A DNA stretch of 64,000 bases, from assembly GCA_964016885.1 (NCBI GenBank), contig OZ024742.1, forward strand, positions 79,546,001 to 79,610,000, written 5' to 3'. This stretch comes from Eledone cirrhosa (taxonomy: Eukaryota). This document shows positions 12,701-25,345 of this stretch, one piece after another. A model generated the notes under the pieces. It had not been told where the DNA came from. It was given only the letters and a program-made list of their open reading frames with translations, and did no database searches. Every line of letters begins with the position of its first letter. The stretch's first letter is position 1. A program made the position numbers and the translations under genes.

Positions 12701-15095
12701 AGTAAATCAGAAAGAGAAGTCTGTAAAGAGGATAATTGAAGGAAAGTGAAGAACAAGAGTGTATGGAGGATAAGTATCTGAAAGTGAGTTAAGTTTATAT
12801 GAGCTGGAAAGCAAGTGTGATTTCATGTGTGGGCAACTGGTGAACATTTCTGTTTTTGTATTCAGGTAGGTTTTTGGTGATTTAAGGTTTTGTAAGATCC
12901 AATATTTTTCACTTCACTTATGCAGAGTGTGCATCTTCTTGTTCCTCTTGCATATTCTTTAGATTGGTTCAAAATTGACCAATCCAATTTATATTGGATA
13001 CCTTGGTCTTTCAAATCCCATATTCTGCTAGCCAGAGCTGTTGTAAATCTTTTTTCTGGAAGTCGGAAAAATGCGACATGTGAGTAATAACGCGTTTTGA
13101 ATTTGTCTTGTGTCATACCCACATATCGTTCGCTGGTGGCTGGTAGGTTGTTGCTGATGGTTGTCACTTTAGCCGCATATACAATGGCTTTGGTGTTGCA
13201 TTTACCTTGTAATGAGCATTCCCTTTTGACTCTACAGGAGCAATTTTGATGTTCTCTGGGTGATTTGGGGACCGCAGGAGTAGCTAATTTTGACACAGTT
13301 TCTATTGAAGATCTTATAGTATCTATGTGTTCTCGGGTAATGTTTATCTAAGAGCTCTAGGAATTTTTTGCCTACATTAGTTTTAACTGCTAGGGAGTAG
13401 GGGGTGTGAACCAGATTATTTTTCTTTTCCTATTATTATGTTTAAAAGAGTTAGTATTGTTGGGTATATACTTAATCGGTTCGCTAAATCTGCTATTTTG
13501 AAGGGCTTTATTATAGTAGGGGATGCCTTATTGAAAATAGCTTCTGAGGAAGAGAGGGTGGAGATCCTACGGCTAATATTAGGGATAAGGTTTTTAAAAA
13601 CTATAGGAGGATGGCAAGAGCCTTTATTTATATATTTTAAATTTTCATTAGGTTTATGGTACGGTTTATAAGAAGCAGTAGGCAGTCTAGGTTTATATAT
13701 AGAAAATTAACATTGGAAAGGTTAGTGTCAATAGTAATTTTAAGATTAAAACTAGCGAAGGTTTTTATTAAGTCTTTCCTTAGTCTATCTAAGTTATGGC
13801 CTATGGTGGTATGGGAAAGTATTAGACCATCGTCGCAATAAAGCCCCAAAATATGGTTAGGGAATTTTTCTTTAAGTGTGTGTAGGAGGAATAGGCCGAC
13901 TAAATCACAAACATCAGCACAGTCAAAAGAACCCATTGAGACATCGAATGGTTTCTCTGGGTTAGATATTTTTACCCAAGTGTCATTATCAGTAAAGAGT
14001 AGAGTGTTTCTAGCATGCAAGATGACATTCTCTTCAATATCAGAAATATTGGTAAACTTTCTAGCGAAATTTAAGGCTTTTACTAAAAGCGGCAGAGTGA
14101 TAGACGGGTAGAAATCTACAATGTCAAATTGGGTGAATCTAGAACTATTTTTATCTTTAATATTATTAAACCAATGTAGTACGGAAGAGCTATTTATTCA
14201 TTGGAGTAATTCAGACTTACTTCTAATCTGTGTGTTTATATTATTTAAAACTTTTTTGCTAGCAAGACCGATATCAGTCTTAGCAGGGTTGATTAATCTA
14301 CAACTAGGACCATTAATAAATTCAGGTTTGTGATCTTTAAGGATGATATAGGCATTACGTTTAGCAAGTTTTTCTGTCCTATTATCTATTTTTAAAGAAC
14401 TAGCTAATTCTTTAGCTTCCTTATTTATATTATTATACGTGTTTATATTAGCTATTTGGTATTTAGAGGTGATGTTATCTGTTAAGAGTTGGGCATGTAA
14501 ATTATTATTAACTTCGTATAAGTTTTTAGTTTTGTCGGAGAAAATGAACTTATTTTTTAGAAGATTTGAATATTGAAATATCATTAGATAGTTTAGATTT
14601 AAAAGGGTTAGAGTACTTACGAAAATTGATATTGTTGATTAAATTTACTAAGTCTAGTTCAAAAGCGGTCATATCTTTTACTCTTTGCGGGTATTTATGA
14701 GTTTTGATATCAAAATGTTCCATAGAGTCCGTGTTAAAGTGTTCATCGAGAATCAAAGCTTTCCATCTGATTCTTTTAACAACTTTCTCTACTTTGTCTA
14801 TCAACATTTTCGTGTAGGAAGTGTTAGAAGGTGTTGGGATATGCTTGATAGAGTAACCCAAAGGATATTTATCCATGTTCACTATTGGTTTAAAATCCTA
14901 TTGACTGAAGAGCGCTCGACTTTAAAAGGGCTGGAAGGTGCCAATCTCATAAAAATGTAGAATATGCTACGATCATTCCCTCCGGAGCTGTATAAGTATT
15001 GACGTTTCCATTGAAAATTGAAAAAGTCATAGGAGTGAAGAGTGCTCTATGTAAGTACGAGAGCTAAATTTAATGTATAATAAACAATACAATAT

Positions 15096-15173
15096 AATTA
15101 CATCATTACCAGAGGTTTCCCGAATAAGACCAATACGAAAAACGTCCTCATTCGTTCATCGGACAAGGCAATT
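15096..15173 (-). ncRNA. Hammerhead (CCGATGA core) in the 5' pseudo-LTR
   Basis: aattgccttgt CCGATGA a cgaatgaggac..gtcttattcg g GAAAC CTCTG GTA atgatgtaatt. Confidence 0.65.
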
Positions 15174-15879
15174 TCAAACAGAGAAATATTTGTAAAGTCT
15201 CCTCAAGAAAGGCAAGATTTTAACGGGCAAAAAAAAACAAAGCAAGAGATATATAAAAAAATAATGAAATATAGTTAGGGTATGTGCATAAATGTGTTTA
15301 TATTCACTCACAAATGTACATATGTGTGTATGTACAAATGCATGTGTATAATGAAAATGTGTGTGCGAGTAAGTGCGTATATGAGGGCAAGCATAATAGT
15401 GTATGTGTGACCAATACGTATATAATATAAGTTGAAAAATAATGTACATCCAGATTTAGGTATTAAATATATACACATACAAGTATGAAAGCACGCGTAT
15501 AAACACAAACGCGCGATCATTTATATGCGGAAGATAAAAAGGGAAGGGAGTGTATTAGTAAAAAAGTGTGTCATATTCGATACATATGAAAATGAAATAA
15601 TATATGAGAAAGAAACAAATTTTGTTTAAATCAAAGAGAAAGTAAGAGGGAGGGGTTATCAATTATAAATTAACACTAGAGAAAAAGAAAGCAAACATGG
15701 GTTCGCACGTACGCACACATACATATCAAAAAATATATATATATGAATACGTACAGGCAAAAGCGCATGCATACGTACATACATACACACGAAGCACACA
15801 TATGTATACATATATCGGCACACGTATATCTAAGCACACCTACGTACGCGACTATATATATACACATATGCATGCACAC

Positions 15880-15926
<47 letters not shown>

Positions 15927-15936
15927 AACCAGTAAG

Positions 15937-16030
15937 ACCCCGACAGCTGAGCTCAAGCCGTTTCGACGGCTAATTCTGGACTAAATGAAAATTTATCCTG
16001 GTATTTAAATAGCCGATCTTCTCAAGGGGT
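15937..16030 (-). ncRNA. Type I hammerhead, U3-A8 core variant, in a nested fragment (about 15924-16120)
   Basis: acccc TTGAGAA gatcggcta..tagccgtc GAAAC ggct tgagctc agct GTC ggggt; all three stems pair. Confidence 0.8.
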
Positions 16031-16123
16031 AATTCCATATATGGTCAAAGTGATTGTCAAAAATTAGTAGTAATTCTGTGGTTGCAAATTAGTAGGGGAG
16101 ATGGTGGCTAAACCTGCCTAAAC

Positions 16124-16193
<70 letters not shown>

Positions 16194-16405
16194 GTACTTA
16201 TACGCATATGTTCACCTACATTCACACACTCGTATAAAATATAGATATAAAAACATACATGCTCACACATATAGACACACACACGCACACACACGGAGGC
16301 GCATACACACTCACACGCATAGATACAAATTATAGACCAGCCATATGAAAAAAAGGAATACAAATATAAAAGCGGCTGCGAAACAACAGGATATATCTGG
16401 AGTTG

Positions 16406-16443
<38 letters not shown>

Positions 16444-16568
16444 GTTATTCCGGGTTGAATCGGAGGTAACCACAGTAAGTAAGGTACTCAATACATAGCA
16501 GAGTATAACAGTTGATGATTTCTAATGAATGAAACAGTTCTAGTCCTGTAGAATCTCATCTATATTAA

Positions 16569-16671
<103 letters not shown>

Positions 16672-17007
16672 CTATAAAGTATGTCCATAGAATCATTTGA
16701 TAATATATATACACCATTTCCTCCCCCAATTAGCATAATTAACCACACAAAAAATCAATTAGACCAGGCTATAAGATTAAAAGGCACCTATGAAGAAATA
16801 GTAAATGAATAAACTACAGCAATCTCTTCGCGGCCAACCGCCATAGAAAAGTTTTCCTTTTCCTAGAATTATGCCTTGACAAAGGCTAAGGTGTCATATC
16901 TCCCGGTGATTTTGGATGGCCATTGACTCTTAAGAGCTCCTTTTCCCTTTGACAGGTTTTGTTTTTAGTCCTGCAGGATGTTCCAAAGTCACCCTCCTCA
17001 CCAAGAA

Positions 17008-17150
<143 letters not shown>

Positions 17151-17253
17151 GTATATATATATATAAAGTAAGAATATTTTCGAAACAGCGAGTGGGTTTG
17201 AAATTATTAGAAATGTAAGCTATCGCCGTATTTTGACTAAAGAAATTAAATAA

Positions 17254-17476
17254 ATTATTTAACCTGATAGTGGGGTTAAGAACACCAATTTACGACATTA
17301 CAGTCGCTAAGTTTATAGCTTCTAATATGAATGGAAAGAGACGTGTGATGTGTTGGTGTAAATGGTAGCACAGTTGTCCGGATAACCAAAGATGTGGGTT
17401 CGACTCCCATGTACGTCAATACTCATCTTTTTCCATTTCTCCGAGGGTTCTTAACCCCACTATCAGGCTAAATAAT
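17254..17476. mobile_element. Inverted-repeat-bounded cassette carrying a tRNA-like sequence
   Basis: 30-bp IRs at 17254-17283 and 17447-17476 (29/30 match); (TA)n on both sides of the wider 17167-17476 block. Confidence 0.65.
17347..17418 (+). other. tRNA-like 72-nt cloverleaf (pseudo-tRNA or Pol III promoter mimic)
   Basis: Acceptor gatgtgt/gtacgtc, D arm gtgt-aaatggta-gcac, T arm gtggg-TTCGACT-cccat. The anticodon arm is imperfect and lacks U33. Confidence 0.7.
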
Positions 17477-17524
17477 ATATATATATATATATAAGGGTTG
17501 TCTAGACTGAAATAGAAATTTTTA

Positions 17525-17690
17525 TTTGGTAGCATCGGTAGAGCAACGGACATGCTTTGCAGTTTATAGTTATGCCTCTTTAAGTTCCGAGATCAATTCG
17601 AATGGAGGTTAGCTTTGCTTTTCATTCTTCTGGGGTCAATGAAATAACGTACCAAGTACGCACTGCGGTCAATCTAATCGATTTCCTCCT
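17525..17690 (+). mobile_element. Degenerate CORE-type SINE
   Basis: tggtagcatcggtagagc..ctttgcttttcattcttctggggtcaatgaaataacgtacc; same family as 10758-10940. Confidence 0.65.
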
Positions 17691-17728
17691 AACTACATCG
17701 CTTTCTCGCTAACTAATTCCTCTCAATA

Positions 17729-20700
17729 ACTATGAAGTCGATGTATCCTCCATCTCGTAGCCTTCGTCTGTCTCCTCTCTTTCTTTCTCTCTTCCTCTTT
17801 CTCTCTATCTCTATCTCTCTCTCGCCCTCGGTCTACCACACTCCCTCTCCACATCTATGAATCTGCTCTCTGTGGCAATAAATAATCCCAATCTTGACCA
17901 CATCCACACAATGCCTAAGCTCTGTCACCTTGAGAGAAAACAGTATAATAAAACCCCAACCACAACATTTTGATTAAGCTATCTGTATTCTTCAAAAACC
18001 ACTCTCTCCCACTTCTCCAACCCCTACATCTCTCTCTCTCTCACTCTCTCTCTCTTCCTCTCCCCTTCTTTCTCTCTTCCTTTCTACTCTATCCTCTCCA
18101 ATAACCTCCTTTAAGAAGTACAAGGATATTTACATTTTAACCATTCTGCTCTGAGGAAATGGTAGTGGCAGCATTTGAAAATTGAGTTTCTGCAATCAAA
18201 TTGAGTTTCTGCAATCAATTTGCACATAGCATGACTAGGCTGTATAACTACTGTTGAAACATTTGTAAGGACTCTGAATAAATTACCTTTTTATGATGTC
18301 TTCCTGTTATTATTCATTCTTTATCTACACTCCGGAATACAGAAGGATCAGAAACTGAGTTTTTCCGACTATTCTTCCATAACTCGTTGAGTAACCCTTC
18401 ACCGTACGTCAACTCTATCTAGTGTAGTAATTAACTATTACTGCATTCAGGATAACCCTATGCATTTCTTGCATAACCTAATATATATATATTTTGCACA
18501 GTTGAGCAACCACACCGACATACGGCAGTAATATGGAAAGACATCATATAGGTATGTCACTTAAAAACATACCTATACCTAACAAAAGGAAATACATTCT
18601 TGGTATGATACAACGCAATAATGACTTTATCCTGTGTGTACGATGGAAGGCTTTCCATTTCGATAAGGGACACGCTAGTCCCGCGTCTGAATCAATCAAT
18701 AAATCATATGGCTTTAAATCATGTAAAAACCCACCCACAAACCCCCATCTCGATGCTTTTGAACAGAACTTAATGAATATGACCATGAATATGGCCATGA
18801 ATATCAAGTTTACCAAACATAGAAGTAATGAACTGCAGAACAACATGAAAGCACTACTCCGAAGACTGCAAAATACCAATGGAATTGTTGTGAAAGCTGA
18901 TAAGACCTCTAACGTGTATACAATGGATATCGATACATACAACAGAACTACATAAGAAATATAGAAAAACGAGTGAAACTACACTAACGAACATTAACAA
19001 CGAAGCATACAAAGTAGTGAAGAATCTCAAGATAGACGATAGAACCGAGCCGATTATACCCGCAACCCCCACCTTTAACATGAAGGACCATAAGGTAAAT
19101 TTTGACTCTAACCCTAAGATTAGACTTATATGCTCTTCTAAATCAGACATAGAAAAAATGAGCAAACATATACTTGACAGGGTAATAACTCAATTGAAAA
19201 AGGAAATAGAAATTAAATTATGGGGCAACACTAGCGAAGCAATTCGCTGGTTTAATAACGTTAAGACAAGAGTAAGTCTAAGTTTATACAATTCGACATT
19301 GACGAATACTACTCTTCAATCTCACCCAGTACTTTACGTAAGTAATTGCCAAAGTCAATTCCGACCTAACGGAGGACGAAATTAATATTATTCTAGAGGC
19401 TAGGAAAACTATTATCAAGTTTGATAACTGCTACTGGGAACGTAGGGACAGAACCACAAACTTCAACATCACATTGGGCTCTAATAACTCAGCGGAGGTG
19501 TCGGATCTTGTTGGAATTTACATAGCCCACATACTACATGGAAAATTTAGTAATCTACAGGGGGCAATATATAGAGATGACGCGCTTTTATCAGTTAATA
19601 ACTTAAATAACCCAAACCTTGAAAGGCTACGGAAAAACATTAGACATTCTTTTAGTGAACTGGGTCTAAAAATAACGTACGAATACAATCTTAAAGTGGT
19701 AAATTTTTTTGACGTAACTCTTAATTTGAATACTGGACGACTTTCCACAAGATAAATAAGAACCTTATATTAATTTTAATTCGAATCACCCACTTTCTAT
19801 GATCAAATCGGTTCCCCGTAGTATTTCTCTCAGAATCTGTCGCCTATCGTCTAACTCTGAGATTTTCAGTGAACAAGCTGAATACTATAATAACGCATTA
19901 AGGAATGCAGACCACCGTGATAAAATAGAATACATTGATAAGAATCTCCATAACACACATAGCTGCACACGCAATCAAAGAATATATAACCGGGGTACAG
20001 AAATACAAGCGCGCACACACACAGTACCACCAGACATACTAATAGAAAATCATCACCAAACCCAAATAAATCACGTTGTAGAAAGTATATCTGGTATAAT
20101 CCCATTTTTAATGCTTCGATTAGTACTAAACTATCTCTTTCATTCTTTAAGTTAATTAACAAGCATTTCCCTAGTTCCCATAAATACAGTAAGATTCTAA
20201 ACTCTAAGACTATTAAGCTATCATACTCCACTGCACCAAACCTTGAAGCATACATAAAAAACTTAACTTAAAGCAATTATTAAACAACACTACAAAACAA
20301 AATATTTTAGTAACAGATGAGCATAACGTAATATCGGCCTCCCAACCACCAAATGGGAGGCGGGTATTACACAACCCACCTGAACTGTTATCCCAACCTA
20401 TCCATGGTATACCTGCTACCCACAACAAAAATTGCAACTGCCACCTACCCGAAAGATGCCAATTGAAGAACAAATGCCTAGATTCCAACATTGTTTATCA
20501 ATGCACCTTTGAATCGAACGACCAGAAATGGTATTACATTGGGTCTACCACTACCTCCTTTAAATCTCGCTGGTATCGTCATCGATTTTCGACTAAGCAT
20601 CCTAAACACCGTCTTGTGAGTACGCTCGCCAATAAGACATGGCAACTCCGAGAATGCAACCCGCAGTTTACCTTGAAATGGGATAAACTATCCAGCGCTA

Positions 20701-21282
20701 GTGCATATCGGAGTGGATTGAAATACTGCAGATTATGCAACCTTGAACACTTTTATATCTTAAAATCCCAAAACAAATTACTAAATGACAGAATCGAACG
20801 ATCGTTATACTTCAACCATAAACTGAAGGCTAAATTCTCTCACTATAAAATAACTACTTCCTAACTATATCCCCCACCCCACACTACAAGCCAATACCCT
20901 GCTTATCATTATAAATGGGTACTTGAGTGCGATTTGCAGACTACAACTATGAACTCGATGTATCCCCCTTCGTCTGTCTCTCTATCTCTCTTTCTTTCTC
21001 TCTCTCTCCCTTCCTCTCTCTCTCCCTCTCTCTCTCTCTCCTTCTCTCTCTCTATCTCTCTCTCGCCCTTGGTCTACCACACTCCCTCTCCACATCTATG
21101 AATCTGTTCTCTGTGGCAATAAATAATCCTAATCTTGACCACATCAACACAATGCCTAAGGGCTGTCACCTTGAGAGTAAACAGTATAATAAAACCCCTA
21201 CCACAGCATTTTGATTAAGCTATCTGTATTCTTCAAAAAACACTCTCTCCGACTTCTCCAACCCCTACATCTCTCTCTCTCA

Positions 21283-21317
<35 letters not shown>

Positions 21318-21721
21318 CCTCTCTCATTCTTTCTCTATTCCTTTCTACTCTATCTTCTCCATAACTTCCTTTAAGAAATACAAGGATATTTACATTTTAA
21401 CCATTCTGCTCTGAGGAAATGGTAGTGGCAGCATTTGAAAATTGAGTTTCTGCAATCAATTTGCACATAGCATGACTAGGCTGTATAACTACTGTTGAAA
21501 CATTTGTAAGCACTCTGAATAAATTACCTTTTTATGATGTCTTCCTGTTATTATTCATTCTTTATCTACACTCCGGAATACAGAAGGATCAGAAACTGAG
21601 TTTTTCCGACTATTCTTCCATAACTCGTTGAGTAACCCTTCACCGTACGTCAACTCTATCTAGTGTAGTAATTAACCATTACTTCATTCAGGATTACCCT
21701 AAGCATTTCTTGCATAACCTA

Positions 21722-21723
<2 letters not shown>
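17729..21723 (+). mobile_element. Near full-length degenerate Naiad-type PLE with direct pseudo-LTRs
   Basis: Pseudo-LTRs at about 17729-18482 and 20947-21723. ORF pieces 18533-20864: SLKNIPIP..VRWKA, KADKTSNVY, MKDHK, GAIYRDDAL, IVYQC..YYIGST..FKSRWY.H, CRLC. Ends in (TA)n. Confidence 0.9.
18143..18196 (+). ncRNA. Possible atypical hammerhead (identical copy at 21403-21456)
   Basis: tgct CTGAGGA aatg..cattt GAAA attgagtt TC tgca. The core is present but stems I and III are weak. Confidence 0.35.
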
Positions 21724-21797
<74 letters not shown>

Positions 21798-21867
21798 AAT
21801 ACACGCCTATCCAGAAATCAATGGGCTGAAACACAACACTAACACGCATGTCATGTAGAAATTCTCT

Positions 21868-22060
21868 ACACGAGCCTCGGCTGAAATGTTCATAGCCTGA
21901 GCAAGATTACTCAAGGAATGACGAAATGAGGTTTATTTTTTCCTAGAAACGAACAATGCAGGTATTAATAAGAAGTGCTGAAATTAATGCAAGCCAAGTT
22001 TCACAGCTCTAGCATCCGTCCTTCATAGTCAGCCTATGAACTTTTCAGCATACACTCGTA
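21868..22060. mobile_element. Tc1/mariner-type MITE
   Basis: Imperfect TIRs acgag..ctgaaatgttcatagcctga / tcagcctatgaacttttcagc..ctcgta. Confidence 0.65.
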
Positions 22061-22714
22061 CAACCCCACAAACACGCACGCACGCGCACAAACAAACACA
22101 CATATATACACACATCTGACAAGTGATCATCTATGTAGCTGCTCAGCCTATTAGGATTAGAATCCAAACCATTCGCAAATCACATCTTACTGGCTTAAAA
22201 TTAAAAGTCTAATTACAAAGACTAATTGGATAAAATAACTTCTAAATAATAAATGACGGAAATATATGATGAAATCTCCATTAGAATAACTTTAATCATT
22301 GATCTGCTGAAACAAAAATGATACGGATTTATACAGTAATCGTGTTTTCACCTACACACATATCTAACAGAGCTAGAAGCAAAGGAATTCCAACTGTGAC
22401 TATTTAGTCGTTTTGTTTTCTGAAGCAATTAGTAGACTCATGTTACTTAATTAGTGCATTTTGAAAGCATTAGGATACGATTGACATCTGTCTGTTTTTT
22501 TTAACACGTCGAACAATCTCATTGAGGGTTATATTAAAGAACGTTTTTCAAAGAAGTACCTATCTAGATTAAAGTATGATATATCTAGTGTGTTGGACAT
22601 ATATTTGTAGGTCGAAACACTGCAAGAACAACAATGACAACAATGAATGCAACATGATATACGATTTGTCCCTGTCTCGATATACATATACATATATATA
22701 TATATATATGTATA

Positions 22715-23615
22715 TATTGTTATACTTTGGGAGGGTCATGTTGCCAATAAGAAACACACGCACCAGTTGCTTTCACTTCAATTTATTATAATAAATTTAT
22801 AAATTGAGGTATTTATAAATTTCCGGTTGGTTGGTTGGTTCCACAACCAGATGGTTGTTTATATATTGTCAAAGTTCTTTCGTCACACATTCTGTGACCT
22901 CTTCAGTGACTGGGGATTCTTTTCTTTGTTTTTTGTGCCTCTCCTTTGTTCTGTCCTACGCCATCTTGTTTTTGTGTGTGTGTTGTGTGCTTAGTTTGCG
23001 CATGTGTTACATCCGGGTGTCTGTGTGTGTTTATATTCGTTTATTTATTTGTTTATTTACATGTTACTGGTTGGTTGTTTGTTCTATGTGCGTGTGTGTT
23101 TTCATTTTGTCCTTAATTGTAAGTTGTGATGTTGCTGTTCCACTCATGTTTTCTATTTAATTTTGGTTGTAATTCATTTATGTTTATTGCCTCTGTCATT
23201 TGTCTAAACATTGCGTCTTTTCTCTGTTTAGATTCTATTTTTATTTCTATGTTCTCTAATTTACTCTTATGTTCTATTTTAGCATGTTGGTAGAGTACAG
23301 ATGATTCTTTACTATCTTGAAAGTCTCGCCAGTGTTCATTTATCCGTTCCCCTATACTACGAGCCGTCTCACCTATGTACACTATATTTTTATCTCTACA
23401 TTGTCCTTCAGTACATCTTATGCTATATACGACATTTCTAGTTTTACAGTTAATATGGGGGCTTAATTTACAGATTATACATTTCTTATCTATAAAGGGA
23501 GGTCTTTGAAAAGGGTATGTTTTTCTAATAAGTGGTTTTATGGAGGTACCTGGTCTTTATACTATCTTAATATTGAGTTTATGTTTATCTAGGGCCCATC
23601 TAAATACATACTTAC
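22715..23615 (-). mobile_element. 3' fragment of a Neptune-like PLE (GIY-YIG plus pseudo-LTR)
   Basis: Minus-strand translation CIICK..NCKTRNVVYSIRC..QC..VYIGETARSIGERINEH..EAININ..PKLN; the Cys-rich linker is typical of Neptune-type PLEs. Confidence 0.8.
22868..22910 (-). ncRNA. Minimal hammerhead of the Neptune-like PLE
   Basis: gtca CTGAAGA g gtcaca gaatg tgtgac GAAA G AA C TT tgac. Confidence 0.78.
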
Positions 23616-23622
23616 ATTTATG

Positions 23623-23657
<35 letters not shown>

Positions 23658-23672
23658 TTCTTCCCAAAGTAT

Positions 23673-23720
<48 letters not shown>

Positions 23721-23864
23721 GTGTGTGTGTGTGTGTGTGTTAGCTGTGTAACAACAATTACTGGCGACATGCTGTTTGAAGCACTCAATACTGTTACGAG
23801 GTCTGTTCCGTTCGGGTTGTATTCCTCTGTCACGGCTGTAGTGTGCAGCGTGTTAATAGGTTTA

Positions 23865-24162
23865 AAAGAGTCGAAGTCAGTGTTGCGGCATATATGAACA
23901 TTTTATTTGCAAATTACAATTCTTCTGATATCGATCAGTTCGAGTACAATCAATGTGACGGGACCCGATTCTTATTCGAGATCTCGTCAGATATGTATGC
24001 AACGATGTCTTTGCACAATAAGCTCGTATAACTGACGAGATGTCGAATGAGAGTCAGGCCCCATCACCTTTATTGTAGTAGAGCTGATCGGTATCGAAAC
24101 AATTATAAAATATAAATAAATTTTGTACGTATGCTGCAACGCTAATATGACTTCGACTCTCT
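23865..24162. repeat. Old diverged inverted pair of pseudo-LTR ends with decayed HHRs (23910-23995 on -, 24027-24113 on +)
   Basis: Both arms read CTGACGA gatstcga..ctgatcgrtatc (GAAAC/agaag) AATT (a/g)TA ..tgacttcgactct. Confidence 0.6.
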
Positions 24163-24289
24163 TGTTATATCCCTTGCTGGGTAAACACGTGGAGTAGCCA
24201 CTCCACCACTACTACTGCATTGGAACCCGCTAGACGGCTGAGAACAGAATTGCTTTGGTCTTCTTTTAGTCCATTAAGCGCTTGCCGCG

Positions 24290-24430
24290 TATCTCGAGGA
24301 TTGCGTTTCGTTTTGTTTTTGGACACCTCCGGAATACGATCTCCCTGAAATTATATATATATATATATAATTTCAGCGAGATCCTATTTCGGCGGTGTCC
24401 AAAGACAAAACGAAACGCAATCCTCGAGAT
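24290..24430. repeat. Inverted repeat centred on (TA)n
   Basis: atctcgaggattgcgtttcgttttg..ctgaaatt (TA)n aatttcag..caaaacgaaacgcaatcctcgagat; the same end recurs at 25340. Confidence 0.8.
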
Positions 24431-24466
24431 GTGAGAAAAACCACAGACCCTCCATCTCAACTCAAC

Positions 24467-24640
24467 TTCCTGAAAAGCGGAAGAACTGCGAAACCGGTAA
24501 AGGAACCAAATAAATATATATATTAAAAAAAAAATAAGACTCCAGTTGCATTTTCGATTTCATCTTTTTTTCTTTATACTTTCACTCGTGTAGGACACCT
24601 CGGTTATTTTTCATTCTGTAAAAAAGAAACCCCTCACTTT

Positions 24641-24645
<5 letters not shown>
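24467..24645 (+). mobile_element. PLE pseudo-LTR remnant with hammerhead-like motif (24467-24505)
   Basis: ttcc tgaaaa gcgg aagaa ctgc GAAAC CG GTA aaggaa; homologous to 2041-2210 on -. Confidence 0.55.
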
Positions 24646-24685
<40 letters not shown>

Positions 24686-24706
24686 TAATATATATATATA
24701 TATATA

Positions 24707-24745
<39 letters not shown>

Positions 24746-24797
24746 TTTCTGAATTTGTTTAGCAAGATTCTTTATCTGAAAACGTGTGTTGAAATCG

Positions 24798-25268
24798 ATA
24801 TTGTTATACTTTGGGAGGGTCATGTTGCCAATAAGAAACACACGCACCAGTTGCTTTCACTTCAATTTATTATAATAAATTTATAAATTTAGGAATTTAT
24901 AAATTTCCGGTTGGTTGGTTGGTTCCGCAACCAGATTATTGTTTATATATTGTCAAAGTTCTTTCGTCACACATTCTGTGACCTCTTCAGTGACTGGGGA
25001 TTCTTTTCTTTGTTTTTGTGCCTCTCCTTTTCTTTTGTTCTGTGAGGACAGAACAAAAAAGAGGCACAAAACAAAGAAAAGTCACTGAAGAGGTCACATA
25101 ATGTGTGACGAAAGAACTTTGACAATATATAAACAATCATCTGGTTGTGGAACCAACCAACCAACCGGAAATTTATAAATTCCTAAATTTATAAATTTAT
25201 TATAATAAATTGAAGTGAAAGCAACTGGTGCTGTGTTTCTTATTGGCAACATGACCCTCCCAAAGTAT

Positions 25269-25275
<7 letters not shown>
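24798..25275. repeat. Palindrome of Neptune-like pseudo-LTR ends with HHRs at 24952-24994 (-) and 25081-25123 (+)
   Basis: The arms are reverse complements and match 22715-22950. Confidence 0.88.
25081..25123 (+). ncRNA. Minimal hammerhead
   Basis: gtca CTGAAGA g gtcacat aat gtgtgac GAAA G AA C TT tgac. Confidence 0.78.

Positions 25276-25345
<70 letters not shown>

Larger units (their letters stand above)
11221..16407 (-). mobile_element. Near full-length degenerate Naiad-type PLE with direct pseudo-LTRs
   Basis: ORF pieces from 14882 down to about 12800: YSIKHIPTP..RIRWKA, LKDHKPEF..CRLINPAK, FDVSMGSFD, GLYCDDGL, CSCR..CSLQGKC..IVY..YVGMT, CTLC. Pseudo-LTRs at about 11221-12275 and 15071-16407. 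Confidence 0.9.
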
